From contig OMIO01000160.1 of NCBI GenBank assembly GCA_900299115.1, forward strand, positions 1 to 57,844: DNA of 57,844 nucleotides, given 5' to 3'. Position numbers and translations under genes: made by a program. Shown here piece after piece: positions 29,381 to 40,948 of this stretch. Within the stretch, counting starts at the first letter, position 1. Every line of letters begins with the position of its first letter. Under the pieces are notes generated by a model. It worked only from the letters and a program-made list of their open reading frames with translations. It was not told the origin of the DNA and searched no databases. This DNA is from Methylocystaceae bacterium (lineage in GTDB: Bacteria > Pseudomonadota > Alphaproteobacteria > Rhizobiales > Beijerinckiaceae).

Positions 29381-31063
29381 TCATTTAGAATTTTTAATTA
29401 GCTGAGCTGCAGCTGCACGGGCTTCATCTGTTATTGCCGCGCCTGAAAGCATCCGAGCGATCTCTTCCCGCCTTTGACCCTCGTCTAGAATAGCGACGCG
29501 AGTGACAACGCTTGACCCCGTATTCAAAGATTTAGCTAAGGCGCCTTTACGAATGTGAAAATGATGACCCGCGCGTGCTGCAACTTGTGGCGCGTGTGTA
29601 ACAGCGAGCACCTGTGCGCGTGTTGCAAGACGCCACAAGCGTTGACCAATAGCATCCGCCACCGCCCCCCCGACGCCGGTATCAATTTCATCAAACACTA
29701 AAGTCGGCGCAGATCCTCGATCAGATAGAACGGCTTTCAAAGCGAGCATAAAACGCGCGAGTTCCCCTCCTGAAGCTACTTTCATTAAAGGTCCGGCCCG
29801 TGCGCCTGGGTTAGTTTGAACCCAAAATTCGATATGATCTATGCCCTCGGGACCGCTATTTTGCAGATCGCCAGAAACCTGAGCCATAAATCGCGCGCCA
29901 TCAAGCCGCAACGGACCAAGCTCTGCATCAACCAATTGATTTAGTCGCTTACATGCTTTTTGACGCGAGTCTGATAGCTTGCGCGCAGCTGTAAAATACG
30001 CCTGCTGCGCTTGTGCGCTTGCTTCGCGAAGCAGCATCAATCTAGCTTCTGAGGCGTCCAACGTTGCAATCTCATCTGCAAACTTCAAAGTCACATGAGG
30101 CAATTGCTCAACTGAAACATTATATTTTCGTCCCGCCGCTCGTAGAGCAAAAAGTCTTTCCTCGACCCGCTCAAGTTCAGCAGGCTCAAAGGCGGTCTCA
30201 TTTAATGCTTGACTTAGAGCTAACTCAGCATTTGCTAAAGCATCGACCGCGCTCGCAAGAGCGCGAACTGGCGACTCTAAAATCTCTGGCGCAGAGTTGA
30301 GTTTTCGCTCTAATCTTCTTGCCGTTTGCGCGATTTCGCCTGCAGGAGAAGAATCAGCAATAAACGCCGCAAGCGCGTCGCTGATATCAGTCGTTACTTT
30401 TTCGGCGCGCTGCATAAATTGACGTCTTTGCGCCAATAATTCTTCTTCACCTGGCTGCGCATTTAACGAGGAAAGCTCCGCATACGCGTGTCGCAAATAA
30501 TCTGCATCCAACTTCGCTTTTTCAACACGCGCTTCTTCCTCAACGCTAGTCCGCATCGCACTGCGCCAGCTTGCATAAAGATCTTTTACCTCAGAGAGCT
30601 GTTCAAGCAATCCTCCGAATGCATCAACAAGCGCGCGATGCGCTGCGGGATCTACCAATGCCCGATCATCATGCTGACAATGGATCTCAACAAGAGAATT
30701 ACCAATTGCGCGCAAAGCCTGAGCGGTTGCTGGCTGATCATTTACAAAAGCTCGAGTGCGACCATCTGAACTTTGAATCCGACGCAAAACGATTTGTTGA
30801 TCGCTCATGAAGCCTAATTGCCGCGCGATGAGATGGGCGGAATGCTGGTTGGGAAGTGAAAAAACGGCAGTAACTTGTCCCTGCTCTTTGCCTGCACGCA
30901 CTAAGCTCGCGTCGCCCCGCCCCCCCAACGCTAAAACAAAAGCATCTAATAAAATCGATTTACCCGCGCCCGTCTCACCAGTCAGTGTCGTCAGACCAGA
31001 ACAAAATTCTAGGTCCAGAGCGTCAATGAGCACAATATCTCGGATTGAAAGTTGTTGGAGCAT
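29381..31063 (-). CDS. recN: DNA repair protein RecN
   Basis: TGETGAGKS, coiled coils, ASGGELAR, FDEIDTG, VTHAPQVA. Confidence 0.96.
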   Translation of the reverse strand: MLQQLSIRDIVLIDALDLEFCSGLTTLTGETGAGKSILLDAFVLALGGRGDASLVRAGKEQGQVTAVFSLPNQHSAHLIARQLGFMSDQQIVLRRIQSSDGRTRAFVNDQPATAQALRAIGNSLVEIHCQHDDRALVDPAAHRALVDAFGGLLEQLSEVKDLYASWRSAMRTSVEEEARVEKAKLDADYLRHAYAELSSLNAQPGEEELLAQRRQFMQRAEKVTTDISDALAAFIADSSPAGEIAQTARRLERKLNSAPEILESPVRALASAVDALANAELALSQALNETAFEPAELERVEERLFALRAAGRKYNVSVEQLPHVTLKFADEIATLDASEARLMLLREASAQAQQAYFTAARKLSDSRQKACKRLNQLVDAELGPLRLDGARFMAQVSGDLQNSGPEGIDHIEFWVQTNPGARAGPLMKVASGGELARFMLALKAVLSDRGSAPTLVFDEIDTGVGGAVADAIGQRLWRLATRAQVLAVTHAPQVAARAGHHFHIRKGALAKSLNTGSSVVTRVAILDEGQRREEIARMLSGAAITDEARAAAAQLIKNSK

Positions 31064-31178
31064 GCGCCTAGATCAAAGTCGTCATCCAGCCGAGCCGACG
31101 TTATGTCGATTCGATGTTAAGATCATAGCCGCTCAGATCTCATTCAATAAAGTGGCAAGCTAGGCCACATTCAATCCG

Positions 31179-32132
31179 CTAACTCTTAGAGGACGAAAGA
31201 GTTTTGCTTAGCTTTGAAATCCATGAGTCCTTATGATCCTCTGGCTCTAGCCCATCTTTTTGCAACAGAGAATGAGCATCTTTATACCATTGCGAGTCGG
31301 GGAAATTGTGCCCCAATATTGCTGCTGCGGTTTGCGCCTCGCCAACAATCCCCATTGCTAGATAGGCTTCGGTTAACCGGTACAGCGCCTCTTCTGTATG
31401 ACGTGTATTTTGGTATTTGCCCAAAACATCATGAAAGCGGTTAACTGCAGCTGGATAATTGTTGCGTGTTAAGTAGAATCGCCCGACCTGCATTTCTTTT
31501 GCAGCTAATTGATCGCGCGCAACCTGCATTTTATAACGCGCATCGCTTACATATTCTGACTGCGGATATTTTTGTATCAATGCCGTAAAAATTTCAACGG
31601 CCTTCTCTGCCGGCTGCTGATCTCTCATCGTGTCAGGCACTTGATTAAAATAAGACATGCCCGCCAGATAAAATGCATAAGGCGTATCTGGTGAATTAGG
31701 GTAGAGTCCGATGTAGCGTTGCGCAGACTGCACCGCATCATCATAGGCAGGCTTTTGATACTGAGCAAAGGTTGTCATCAACAATCCTTTGCGTCCCCAT
31801 TCAGTCGACGGAAAAGCTTTTTCTACTTCGGTAAATTTTTTAGCGGCGCCTTCATAATCTTTTGCCTTCAGCTTTGCGAGACCTTGATTATAAAGATCCT
31901 CAGCAGGAATATCTGGCACGATTTCTGTTTTATACTTATCGCCCCCGCCAAAGAGTCCAAAGCCGCTCATTACTGAGTCCATCATATCAGCGCGCGCTGT
32001 GGATACGGAAAAAAGCATAGCCGTCGCTGCTATACCGACGCTGACGAGTCGCCAAGCGCTAAATTCCTTGCAAGGTAAGACAAAAATTAATGTCATTTTA
32101 TGCGCCTCGTTTGGCGTCGCGAGAAGCGACAT
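31179..32132 (-). CDS. bamD: outer membrane protein assembly factor BamD (start uncertain)
   Basis: LYNQGL, TPR helices, RDQ, LAAKEM.VGRFY, AA.NRF, EEAL.RL; conserved lpxC-bamD-recN order. Confidence 0.93.
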   Translation of the reverse strand: MSLLATPNEAHKMTLIFVLPCKEFSAWRLVSVGIAATAMLFSVSTARADMMDSVMSGFGLFGGGDKYKTEIVPDIPAEDLYNQGLAKLKAKDYEGAAKKFTEVEKAFPSTEWGRKGLLMTTFAQYQKPAYDDAVQSAQRYIGLYPNSPDTPYAFYLAGMSYFNQVPDTMRDQQPAEKAVEIFTALIQKYPQSEYVSDARYKMQVARDQLAAKEMQVGRFYLTRNNYPAAVNRFHDVLGKYQNTRHTEEALYRLTEAYLAMGIVGEAQTAAAILGHNFPDSQWYKDAHSLLQKDGLEPEDHKDSWISKLSKTLSSSKS

Positions 32133-32250
32133 CCCTGCACAAGCTTACAAAGAAAAAGCTCTAACTCACATCCATTCGCCCAGCACCGTAAAGTGGGCGA
32201 GCATGGCTCTAGACTATTGAAAACCGTTAAAAGGCCTGCTTCTGGCGAGA

Positions 32251-33189
32251 TTATGGCGATACCGCCGTCATTTGGCCGCAAGCTGGAGAATTTCGCGCCT
32301 TTTCTAACACCAAGGCCCCGGCGTCAAACGCCGCCTTTAATAAAGTCACATTAAGCCTGTGCCCACTTCGATAGGAACGAAAAGCCCCGACCAAAGGCGC
32401 GCCAGCTAAAGCCAAATCCCCAATAGCATCAAGCATTTTATGGCGCGCGCATTCATTTTCATAACGTTCGCCATGTGGATTGAGAACGCCTTTTTCATCA
32501 TACACAAGGGAATTCTCAAGGCTCGCGCCGAGGGCCACACCCTGGCTCCAAAGGCGCTCCGCCTCATCGAGTGATCCAAAACTTCGCGCCGAGGCCAATT
32601 CTTTGCGAAAAGTCTCAGAGGTTAGGGAAAGAATATGACGCTGACGTCCGATAGGCTGGCGAAACGTAACTTCAACGTCAAAACTCAAACCAGAAGGCGC
32701 AGGCGTCAATTGCGCCCAAGCCGCGCCATCGCTTACGCGAACAGGTTTAACAACACGGAGTATTTTTTTTTGCTGCTTCAGGCAAACAAGACCGACCTCA
32801 TCTATAGCCTCAACAAAGCAACGCGCTGATCCATCCATAGCGGGCACTTCGCCGCCTGTAACATGAACCATTGCATTATCTACGCCAAGAGACATCAGCG
32901 TAGCAGTCAAGTGTTCAATAGTCGCAATAGCGACGCCATTTGCTATAAGTGACGTTTGACGTTGGAGCGCTTGCGCGTTTAGCCAAAGCGCTTCGATCTC
33001 TTGGCCATCCGCAATGAAGACTATCCCAGCATCGCCAGAAGCTGGCGCGATTGTGACACCTGTGTCTTTGCCATTATGCACACCCAAACCCGCGAGAGAG
33101 ACGGATCGGGCTAGGGTTGTTTGGCCTAAGTTCGACAATCCTGGATGAATAGCCCGCCCCCTCACACATCGACGACCTGAAATCGCCAT
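32251..33189 (-). CDS. lpxC: UDP-3-O-acyl-N-acetylglucosamine deacetylase
   Basis: QTTL..., GLGVH.G, TIEH, MDGSA, HKMLDAIGD, SGH.LN. Confidence 0.95.
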   Translation of the reverse strand: MAISGRRCVRGRAIHPGLSNLGQTTLARSVSLAGLGVHNGKDTGVTIAPASGDAGIVFIADGQEIEALWLNAQALQRQTSLIANGVAIATIEHLTATLMSLGVDNAMVHVTGGEVPAMDGSARCFVEAIDEVGLVCLKQQKKILRVVKPVRVSDGAAWAQLTPAPSGLSFDVEVTFRQPIGRQRHILSLTSETFRKELASARSFGSLDEAERLWSQGVALGASLENSLVYDEKGVLNPHGERYENECARHKMLDAIGDLALAGAPLVGAFRSYRSGHRLNVTLLKAAFDAGALVLEKARNSPACGQMTAVSP

Positions 33190-33255
33190 TCTTGGAGGAA
33201 GTTATAAACAATTTAGCGTCTTGAGCTCCAGTAACGCTTTGTTACATTTTGTAAT

Positions 33256-33282
33256 AAAAAAAGGCCTGCAAAGCAGGCCTTT
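33256..33282 (-). terminator. ftsZ intrinsic terminator
   Basis: AAAGGCCTGC-TTT-GCAGGCC followed by T7 on the minus strand. Confidence 0.8.
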
Positions 33283-33303
33283 GATTTATCAGCTTAATCG
33301 TTC

Positions 33304-35010
33304 TTAACTGTTAGACTGACGTCTCAGAAAAGCTGGGATTTCCAGATGATCTTCCTCAGCCTGCCGTGGCGGCGCAGCGCGTCGACCCTGGAGATCAAAT
33401 CCACTTTGTGGTCCTGGCGCAATTGGTCGCTTAGCATATTCGACGTGTTGTGGCGTCGGCGCATGATGCGCAACCGGGCCGCGTTGTGCAGGGGCATATG
33501 CCGCAGCAGGCGGTGGTGGCGGGCTATGCAGCGTGTCTTCTTGTCGGCTTGCGCCAAAAGACGCAAGACGCTCAAAGAGAGATTTGCGTCTTGGATCTTG
33601 TGCAATTGCCTCACCACGTTGCTGCTGTCGAATTTGATCTTGCACAGGCTTCGGGAAGTCTTCGACCTGAGGCATGCGCGGCATGCGAGGCGCTTCAGCT
33701 ACTGGCGGAACATAAGACGCGACACTCACCTCAGGAGGCGCTGGCGTCTCTGCAACTGCTGACGGAGCGACATAGGTTTGTCGAACAGGAGCCGGCTCAA
33801 GATAAACGCCATGCGCGGCAGCTTGCGTTGGAGGTTGATAAGCTGGCGCAACAGGGGGCTCAGCATGCTTTGCAATCTCTGGGGTCTCACGGAGCTCTGG
33901 TTGATAGGGCTGCATATTTTGAGGCGCAACTTGCGGCGTTGTCACGATTGGCGGAGTAATCCGTTGCGAGGCCAAATTCTGGCGCATGCGCTCTGCAGCC
34001 TCCGCCATGCGCGTTGCGCTTGTTGGATCCTCCACGGTTATCGTCGCTAGATCAATACCCGTTGCGACAACGGATACACGGACGACGCCCTCCAGAGATG
34101 AGTCAAAGGTTGCGCCAAGAATAATATTCGCGTCTTCGTCAACCTCTTGACGAATGCGGCTCGCTGCCTCGTCGACCTCATAGAGCGTCAAATCATGGCC
34201 GCCAGTAATGGAGATTAATAAACCACGCGCGCCTTTCATGGACACTTCATCAAGTAGTGGATTGGCGATCGCGGCCTCTGCAGCGAGGTTGGCGCGACGT
34301 TCGCCTGTAGCTTCCCCTGTACCCATCATCGCTTTACCCATGCCGCGCATAATTGAGCGCACATCAGCAAAATCAAGATTGATCAAACCCTCCTTCACCA
34401 TAAGGTCGGTTACAGATGCTACCCCTGAGTACAGAACCTCATCGGCCATCGCGAAGGCATCGGCAAAAGTTGTTTTCTCTGTGGCGATACGGAAAAGATT
34501 TTGATTGGGGATCACAATGAGCGTATCAACACATTTTTGTAATTCAGCAATCCCAGAGTCTGCTATGCGTAACCGCCGCTGTCCCTCAAAATGGAACGGT
34601 TTTGTAACAACGCCGACGGTGAGAATCCCCATCTCTCGAGCAATCTGAGCAATCACTGGCGCTGCGCCTGTTCCTGTGCCGCCACCCATGCCAGCTGTAA
34701 CAAAACACATATGCGCGCCATGGAGCTGATCGCGAATTTCATCGCGCGCTTCCTCTGCAGCTGCGCGACCGATTTCAGGTTGAGCGCCAGCTCCTAAGCC
34801 CTCCGTTACCTGAAGACCCATCTGGATGACTCTCTCCGCCTGAGACGAAGCCAGCGCCTGCGCATCTGTATTCGCAACAAGAAAATCAACGCCAGAGAGA
34901 CCCGACGCGATCATATTATTGACAGCATTGCAGCCACCGCCGCCAACGCCGCAAACGATGATCCGGGGCTTTAATTCCCTCAGTTCAGGAGCTATCAAAT
35001 TGATCGTCAT
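33304..35010 (-). CDS. ftsZ: cell division protein FtsZ (long Pro/Gln/Ala linker)
   Basis: [16 protein letters not shown]-terminal [10 protein letters not shown]. Confidence 0.98.
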   Translation of the reverse strand: MTINLIAPELRELKPRIIVCGVGGGGCNAVNNMIASGLSGVDFLVANTDAQALASSQAERVIQMGLQVTEGLGAGAQPEIGRAAAEEARDEIRDQLHGAHMCFVTAGMGGGTGTGAAPVIAQIAREMGILTVGVVTKPFHFEGQRRLRIADSGIAELQKCVDTLIVIPNQNLFRIATEKTTFADAFAMADEVLYSGVASVTDLMVKEGLINLDFADVRSIMRGMGKAMMGTGEATGERRANLAAEAAIANPLLDEVSMKGARGLLISITGGHDLTLYEVDEAASRIRQEVDEDANIILGATFDSSLEGVVRVSVVATGIDLATITVEDPTSATRMAEAAERMRQNLASQRITPPIVTTPQVAPQNMQPYQPELRETPEIAKHAEPPVAPAYQPPTQAAAHGVYLEPAPVRQTYVAPSAVAETPAPPEVSVASYVPPVAEAPRMPRMPQVEDFPKPVQDQIRQQQRGEAIAQDPRRKSLFERLASFGASRQEDTLHSPPPPPAAAYAPAQRGPVAHHAPTPQHVEYAKRPIAPGPQSGFDLQGRRAAPPRQAEEDHLEIPAFLRRQSNS

Positions 35011-35163
35011 TTTACAGGCCTCTCACTCTTCTCTTTTTTATCGGCGCCGGTTGTCACTCTCCTTGGACGCCCGTCGCCGAACGCTTCGTCCTAGGTCATT
35101 ATCATTCCAGAAATCTCACACTGCATTATTTATAGGTTGTGAGAATCATTTTCATGCCGGATT

Positions 35164-36477
35164 CTAAAAGCTTTCTCTTAACCATCTACTGACGCGCGAG
35201 ACATAATTATCGGTGCCTGTTGCCGCGCGATATTCTCTGCGCGCTTCAAAATATTCATGCCCAGCCACCTGCGGATAAACAAGTAGACCTGCTGCAGCGG
35301 CAAAAGCCGGAGATTGCGCCGATTGAGTTAATCCATCCACGCCAATAGGACGTCCAATTCTTGCTTGACCGCCTAGTATCTTGCGCACGGCCTCTGTCAT
35401 GCCATTAAGCTGACTCGCTCCACCCGTGAGCACGATGCGACGATTGGGGCTGATTGGAAATCCTGCGCGTTTGAGTCGCTCCCCAAGAAACTCCAGCGTT
35501 TCCTCTACACGTGGTCGTATGATGCGAATTAATTGCGCTTTTGAAGCATGCGCACGATTCTGCCCATGCTCTCCAACATGATCAAAAGCAATCATCTCGC
35601 GCTCATCAGAAGAAGCGACAATCGCTGAACCATGAAGCGTTTTAAGGCGTTCGGCGTCTACCAAACGCGCATCAAGACCGCGCGCAATGTCCATCGTCAC
35701 ATGTCCGCCACCGAGCATGACAGCGTCCAGATGCACCATTTCGCCCCTATCAAAAACGGCCAAGGATGTTGAACCAGCGCCCATATCAATCAATAAAACG
35801 CCCATCTCAGCTTCATCTGGCTCGAGGACGGCTAAGGCTGCCGCATAGGGCGCCGCCGCTAATCCTTCAACGCCCAAGTGCCCGCGCTCAACTGCAATGA
35901 TAAGATTTCGTGTTGCAGTCTGATCACAGGTTGCGACATGTAAATCTACGCCCAGTTCCTCTCCGATCATATCTTTGGGCTCGTGAATGCCAGTAACGCC
36001 GTCAAGTGAAAAACCGGTTGGCAAAGAGTGCAGCGCGACTCGACCCCGATGCAAATCATGCGCTGCGGAAGCTTCTAACACGCGATGAATATCTGAAACG
36101 GCAACTTCTCTACCACCGATGGCGCATGTCGCGTTAAAATGCTGAGAGGCCAAACGACCGCCAGAGGCCGTAACAATCACATGATCTACCTGCATTCCGC
36201 ACATGCGCTCGGCAGCATCGACTGTCTGACGAATTGCACGCTCGGCCTCATCCATATCGACAATAAGGCCATTTTTTACGCCGCGGGCGCGCTGGTGACC
36301 TAAGCCAATAACGCGGGCGCGATGTGTGCGCCAATCCCCCGACGCCATTTCAGCTGAAGGCGTTAATCTTGCAATGACGCAAGCGATTTTTGACGTCCCC
36401 ACATCGAGCGCCGCAAATGTGGCGGATCGACGAGGCGAAAGGGGCTTCATACGCGGCGGAATGTTCGAAGATTGCAT
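35164..36477 (-). CDS. ftsA: cell division protein FtsA
   Basis: LDVGTSK, IDMGAG.T, AERLK, VLTGGASQ, amphipathic WLRESF tail. Confidence 0.96.
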   Translation of the reverse strand: MQSSNIPPRMKPLSPRRSATFAALDVGTSKIACVIARLTPSAEMASGDWRTHRARVIGLGHQRARGVKNGLIVDMDEAERAIRQTVDAAERMCGMQVDHVIVTASGGRLASQHFNATCAIGGREVAVSDIHRVLEASAAHDLHRGRVALHSLPTGFSLDGVTGIHEPKDMIGEELGVDLHVATCDQTATRNLIIAVERGHLGVEGLAAAPYAAALAVLEPDEAEMGVLLIDMGAGSTSLAVFDRGEMVHLDAVMLGGGHVTMDIARGLDARLVDAERLKTLHGSAIVASSDEREMIAFDHVGEHGQNRAHASKAQLIRIIRPRVEETLEFLGERLKRAGFPISPNRRIVLTGGASQLNGMTEAVRKILGGQARIGRPIGVDGLTQSAQSPAFAAAAGLLVYPQVAGHEYFEARREYRAATGTDNYVSRVSRWLRESF

Positions 36478-36481
36478 GAGA

Positions 36482-37477
36482 CTAACCACCACCCTTATGC
36501 GGCTTATGAGTTAAGGTCTCATGAGCGATGAGACCTTCTTCAGTTAAGCGAACAGCAACGCGATCGCGTGAACGTAAGTCGATGGAAAGAATATCTTTAT
36601 CTAAAATTCGACTTTCATGCTGCAACCGCAATAATACCGCTATTGATGCGGCAGGATCTTGCTCCGACAAACGCACAGTAACGCCGTTGGTCATATCTAA
36701 GTCCCAACGACGATCAGCGACACGGACTCCCGCTTTAACGCGATGCGCGAGATCGCCCATAGATTTCAATAACGCGACATATTCGGGAAGACGTTTTTCC
36801 GCTCCCCGTCCCACGACGAAGGGCAGAGTCAAATAACGATCTGTCCGCAAGGCATCAATTGAAACGCCATCTTCAGAAACAACAAATACTTGTCCATCCC
36901 GCTGCCATAAGGCGTAAGGCATGCGTTCTTCAACCGTCACGACAAGACGATTAGGATACAACTTCATCACCCGAGCTGATTTAACGAGCGGAATCGCTAA
37001 TAATTTTTCACGCGTTGAATTGGGATCAAGAAAAGGTAAAGATTGCTGCGGGCCCACGCCTGCCGCCTCCAACAATTCCTTTTCGCTCACACGCGACTGA
37101 CCTGTTATCGTCACTGCGGAAATTTCAAAGCCTAACGCGCGCGCAGCCATATCCCAGGGCGCACCGTGCTTGACAGCAAAATCATCATATCCGCCATTTT
37201 GCGCCCAGCCCATAAAACCAACGCCGCTGAAAAGCGCTGCAACAGCCAACAGGCCAACTCCTGGACGCGCAAAAATCGCAAACCGTCGACGGTTTAAATA
37301 TCGTCCGATAAAGCCCGCCGGCCTATTTTTTAGAATTCGCCCAGCCGATGGAGCGACAGGATAGAAGGTCGATACAGCGCCACTATGCAACGACGCCGGC
37401 GCATGGGCAGGCCAAAGGGGAAGCGCGGCCATGACCGCCCCTTTTATCGATTGCAGGATGCGTCTTCCACCATCCAT
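36482..37477 (-). CDS. ftsQ: cell division protein FtsQ
   Basis: TM + POTRA (V.ITG, YPNRL.V.V.ER.P.A.WQ), IDLR..DR. Confidence 0.93.
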   Translation of the reverse strand: MDGGRRILQSIKGAVMAALPLWPAHAPASLHSGAVSTFYPVAPSAGRILKNRPAGFIGRYLNRRRFAIFARPGVGLLAVAALFSGVGFMGWAQNGGYDDFAVKHGAPWDMAARALGFEISAVTITGQSRVSEKELLEAAGVGPQQSLPFLDPNSTREKLLAIPLVKSARVMKLYPNRLVVTVEERMPYALWQRDGQVFVVSEDGVSIDALRTDRYLTLPFVVGRGAEKRLPEYVALLKSMGDLAHRVKAGVRVADRRWDLDMTNGVTVRLSEQDPAASIAVLLRLQHESRILDKDILSIDLRSRDRVAVRLTEEGLIAHETLTHKPHKGGG

Positions 37478-38367
37478 TGGACCAGCTCACCGAATGAGAA
37501 ACCTGCATAAGCCGCCATTTCTGGCACGAGCGAAGTCTCCGTCATTCCCGGTTGCGTATTTACTTCCAACACGACCAGTTCGCCCGCGCCATCCGGACGA
37601 TCGTCGTATCGAAAGTCAGCCCGGCTCACGCCGCGGCAGCCGAGAGCTCGATGAGCCTTCAACGCCAACTCTTGTATCTGTTGGTAAATATTCGGTTTAA
37701 GAACGGCCGGAAGAACGTGTTTTGATCCACCTTTTGTATATTTTGCGTGATAATCGTACCAACCGCCGTCCGCTGAGAGGATTTCAATGACGTCGAGAGG
37801 GCGATCTCCCATCACTGCGCAAGTCAATTCGCGCCCAGAGATGAATTTTTCAGCCAACATCATGTCGCCATGCGACCATCCAGGATCGCTGAGATCCTTA
37901 GGGGGTGTATTAGCGCCAAAGCCCACGATAAAGACGCCAAAAGAAGAGCCTTCTGAAACGGGCTTCAACACATAAGGCGGCGGCAATACATGTCCTAGCG
38001 CAGCTTCTAATCGATGGACAACCCGCCCTTGAGGCGTTGGCACTCCAGCCGCCGCCATTAAAGTCTTGGCGACTTCTTTATTCATGGCTACCGACGAAGC
38101 CAGCACCCCCGAGTGTGTGTAGGGGATATGGAGCAACTCAAGTAAACCCTGCACACAGCCATCTTCTCCATATTTGCCGTGCAAGGCATTGAACGCAACA
38201 TCTGGCCGCATCTGCGCCAGACAGCTGGCGATATCTTCACCTACATCCACGCGTGAAACATGATAGCCTTTTTCTTCCAAGGCGGCGGCGCAGGCTTCTC
38301 CTGAACGGAGTGAAATTTCACGTTCCGCAGAAAGACCACCCATCAACACAGCAACATGTCTTTTCAT
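37444..38367 (-). CDS. ddl: D-alanine--D-alanine ligase
   Basis: GGLSAEREISL.SG, ALHG..GEDG, EGSS, YDY.AKY, LEVNTQPGMT. Confidence 0.96.
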   Translation of the reverse strand: MKRHVAVLMGGLSAEREISLRSGEACAAALEEKGYHVSRVDVGEDIASCLAQMRPDVAFNALHGKYGEDGCVQGLLELLHIPYTHSGVLASSVAMNKEVAKTLMAAAGVPTPQGRVVHRLEAALGHVLPPPYVLKPVSEGSSFGVFIVGFGANTPPKDLSDPGWSHGDMMLAEKFISGRELTCAVMGDRPLDVIEILSADGGWYDYHAKYTKGGSKHVLPAVLKPNIYQQIQELALKAHRALGCRGVSRADFRYDDRPDGAGELVVLEVNTQPGMTETSLVPEMAAYAGFSFGELVQWMVEDASCNR

Positions 38368-38429
38368 AGAAATTCCACGATTTGATAGAAGACGTCATCG
38401 ATCTAACGCCGACAAATATGAAAAACGCA

Positions 38430-38481
38430 TTAAGGGAAAATCAACGCTCTAACAGGAATTAAAGAATATTCAGCGTTGATT
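38430..38481. promoter_or_regulatory. CtrA-like boxes and inverted repeat upstream of ddl-ftsQA
   Basis: TTAA-N7-TCAA (38430-38444), TTAA-N7-TCAG (38459-38473); AATCAACGCT/AGCGTTGATT inverted repeat. Confidence 0.4.
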
Positions 38482-38597
38482 TGATTGGTTACGCCAAAAC
38501 AAGCCCGAATCTCTTATGCAATCCAGGCTAGCGCTTTTTTTTGTTTAAGGGAATCGTGGGTAGATGATTGAGTAAAATAGAAACTCATAAAAACAAG

Positions 38598-39518
38598 TTA
38601 AGGCTGGCCAATACGCTTAATCTCCCAATGTAACTCGACGCCGCATGTTTCCATTACCCGGCGCCGTACAGTCTCTCCAAGCCGCTCAATGTCCGCTGCC
38701 GAAGCCTCGCCGCGATTAATTAAGAAATTACAATGCATTTCGCTAACTTGCGCGTCACCCTCTCTAAGGCCTCGACAGCCGGCTGCATCGATTAACTGCC
38801 ATGCCTTATGGCCGGGCGGATTTTTAAATGTCGATCCACCTGTTTTTTCTCTAATCGGCTGCGATGCTTCACGCGCAGCCGTGATACGATCCATTTCAGC
38901 GACAATATCCGTTGGATTACCCGGCACGCCTTGAAACAAGGCCTCGGTGAAAATAATATCCATCGGCGCTGCGCAACTGCGATAGCCATATCCCATCTGC
39001 TCAGCGCTAAAAATACGCACCTCTCCTGCTCGATCGACGCCACGAGTCTCGATTAAACAATCTTTAGTTTCACCCCCATGCGCGCCAGCATTCATGCGTA
39101 AAGCGCCGCCTATCCCGCCAGGAATGCCTCGAAAAAAAGCGAGCCCGCTGACCCCCGCTTCTGCAGCCGCGCGGGCTGCTTTAATATCGGGAGTCGCAGC
39201 GCCAATGCGCAGGCGTTGGTTAGATTCAAAACTAACTGCGCCAAATCCTTTAGCGCTTAGACGAATAACAACGCCAGCAACCCCGCCATCTCTTATAATC
39301 AGATTGGATCCAAGACCAATGACGGTGACTGGTATTTCTCGAGGCAATTTCCTTAAAAAATAGACCAAATCCTCTTCATCAGCAGGCAGATAAAAAAGCT
39401 GCGCCGGACCGCCTACACGAAACCACGTGTAAGGCGCCAGAAGTTCATTCGCACTCAGGCTCCCACGTAATTGGGGAAAAAGCGGCGTGAGCTCGGGCAA
39501 AAGATCCGGAAAGATCAA
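38598..39518 (-). CDS. murB: UDP-N-acetylmuramate dehydrogenase
   Basis: [39 protein letters not shown]. Confidence 0.96.
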   Translation of the reverse strand: MIFPDLLPELTPLFPQLRGSLSANELLAPYTWFRVGGPAQLFYLPADEEDLVYFLRKLPREIPVTVIGLGSNLIIRDGGVAGVVIRLSAKGFGAVSFESNQRLRIGAATPDIKAARAAAEAGVSGLAFFRGIPGGIGGALRMNAGAHGGETKDCLIETRGVDRAGEVRIFSAEQMGYGYRSCAAPMDIIFTEALFQGVPGNPTDIVAEMDRITAAREASQPIREKTGGSTFKNPPGHKAWQLIDAAGCRGLREGDAQVSEMHCNFLINRGEASAADIERLGETVRRRVMETCGVELHWEIKRIGQP

Positions 39519-40924
39519 TGGCTGCCGCCTCCCGCCAACTGCTCAGGCAATGCATAAGCCCATTGGGTAATATTGCCTGCGCCCAAACACACGACATAAT
39601 CACCCGGAGCGACAATCTCTCGCACCATTGCGGGAAGAACTTCTGGCGATGGCAGACCCATTGCGCGCCGATGGCCATGGGCTCGGATTGCATTAACAAG
39701 CGCGTCGCGATCAACGCCAGGTATCGGCTGCTCGCCCGCTGGGTACACGTCTGCGATGATGACGACGTCAGCGTCGTTAAAACAAGTCGCAAATGGATCA
39801 AACAATGACTGAAGACGCGAAAAGCGATGGGGCTGCATGACCGCCACAACCTTACCCTTGGTAGAGGCTCGGGCAGCCTTGAGTACGGCCGCCACCTCGA
39901 CAGGATGATGTCCATAATCATCAAAGAATTCTACGCCATTCCAAGCGCCCGTCCGCGTAAAACGACGCTTCACGCCACCAAATCCAGCAAGTGCAACTCG
40001 AATTTGATCTGGCGAAAGTCCTAACTGATAAGCAACCGCAATGGCCCCTGTCGCATTGAGCGCATTATGATGGCCTGGCATTGGCAGCACTAGATTATCG
40101 AGATAGGTTGCCTGAGCTGTCTTTGTATCGCGCAACAAGACATTGAACCGACAAACACCGCCTTCAAGATTAACATCGAGCAACCGGACATCTGCTTGAG
40201 GGTTTTCTCCGTAAGTTATGACGCGTCGATCTTCAATTCGTCCAACAACTTCCTGTACAGTGGGATGGTCTAAACACATCACGGCAAAGCCATAGAACGG
40301 CAAGTTTTCAATAAAATGACGAAAAGCGTCTTTGATAGCATCAAAAGTATGAAAATGATCAAGATGTTCCGGGTCGATATTTGTTACAATCGCAACATCG
40401 GCTGGCAGCTTTAAAAATGTGCCGTCACTCTCATCCGCCTCAACCACCATCCACTCGCCCGCTCCCAAACGGGCGTTTGTCCCGTAGGCGTTAATAATTC
40501 CGCCGTTGATTACTGTCGGATCTAACCCGCCGGCATCTAATAAGGTCGCCACAAGCGATGTTGTTGTGGTCTTACCATGCGTGCCTGCAATCGCGACACA
40601 TTGTTTAAGTCGCATAAGTTCTGCAAGCATTTCCGCTCGCCTTACGACAGGTAAACGCTTTTCTCGTGCAGAGATTAGCTCAGGATTGTCTCTTTTAATC
40701 GCCGTTGACACAACCACAACGCCTGCATCTCCAAGGTTCTTCGCGTCATGTCCAATAAAGATGACCGCACCCTTTTCAATGAGTCGTTTGACATTCGCAT
40801 TCTCAGACGCATCCGAACCTTGGACTTTGTACCCTAAGTTCAACAAGACTTCTGCAATGCCCGACATGCCAATTCCACCAATACCAACAAAATGAATTGG
40901 GCCGAGATCTCGCGGCAGCTTCAT
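39515..40924 (-). CDS. murC: UDP-N-acetylmuramate--L-alanine ligase
   Basis: [31 protein letters not shown]. Confidence 0.97.
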   Translation of the reverse strand: MKLPRDLGPIHFVGIGGIGMSGIAEVLLNLGYKVQGSDASENANVKRLIEKGAVIFIGHDAKNLGDAGVVVVSTAIKRDNPELISAREKRLPVVRRAEMLAELMRLKQCVAIAGTHGKTTTTSLVATLLDAGGLDPTVINGGIINAYGTNARLGAGEWMVVEADESDGTFLKLPADVAIVTNIDPEHLDHFHTFDAIKDAFRHFIENLPFYGFAVMCLDHPTVQEVVGRIEDRRVITYGENPQADVRLLDVNLEGGVCRFNVLLRDTKTAQATYLDNLVLPMPGHHNALNATGAIAVAYQLGLSPDQIRVALAGFGGVKRRFTRTGAWNGVEFFDDYGHHPVEVAAVLKAARASTKGKVVAVMQPHRFSRLQSLFDPFATCFNDADVVIIADVYPAGEQPIPGVDRDALVNAIRAHGHRRAMGLPSPEVLPAMVREIVAPGDYVVCLGAGNITQWAYALPEQLAGGGSH

Positions 40925-40948
40925 CCGTAACTCCATTCCCTATCGAGA

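Noticed and set aside
33324-34050. Several long antisense and alternate-frame ORFs over the ftsZ linker
   Set aside because: Shadows of a low-complexity Pro/Gln/Ala-coding region; the same applies to the many antisense ORFs over mur, recN and cobW genes.
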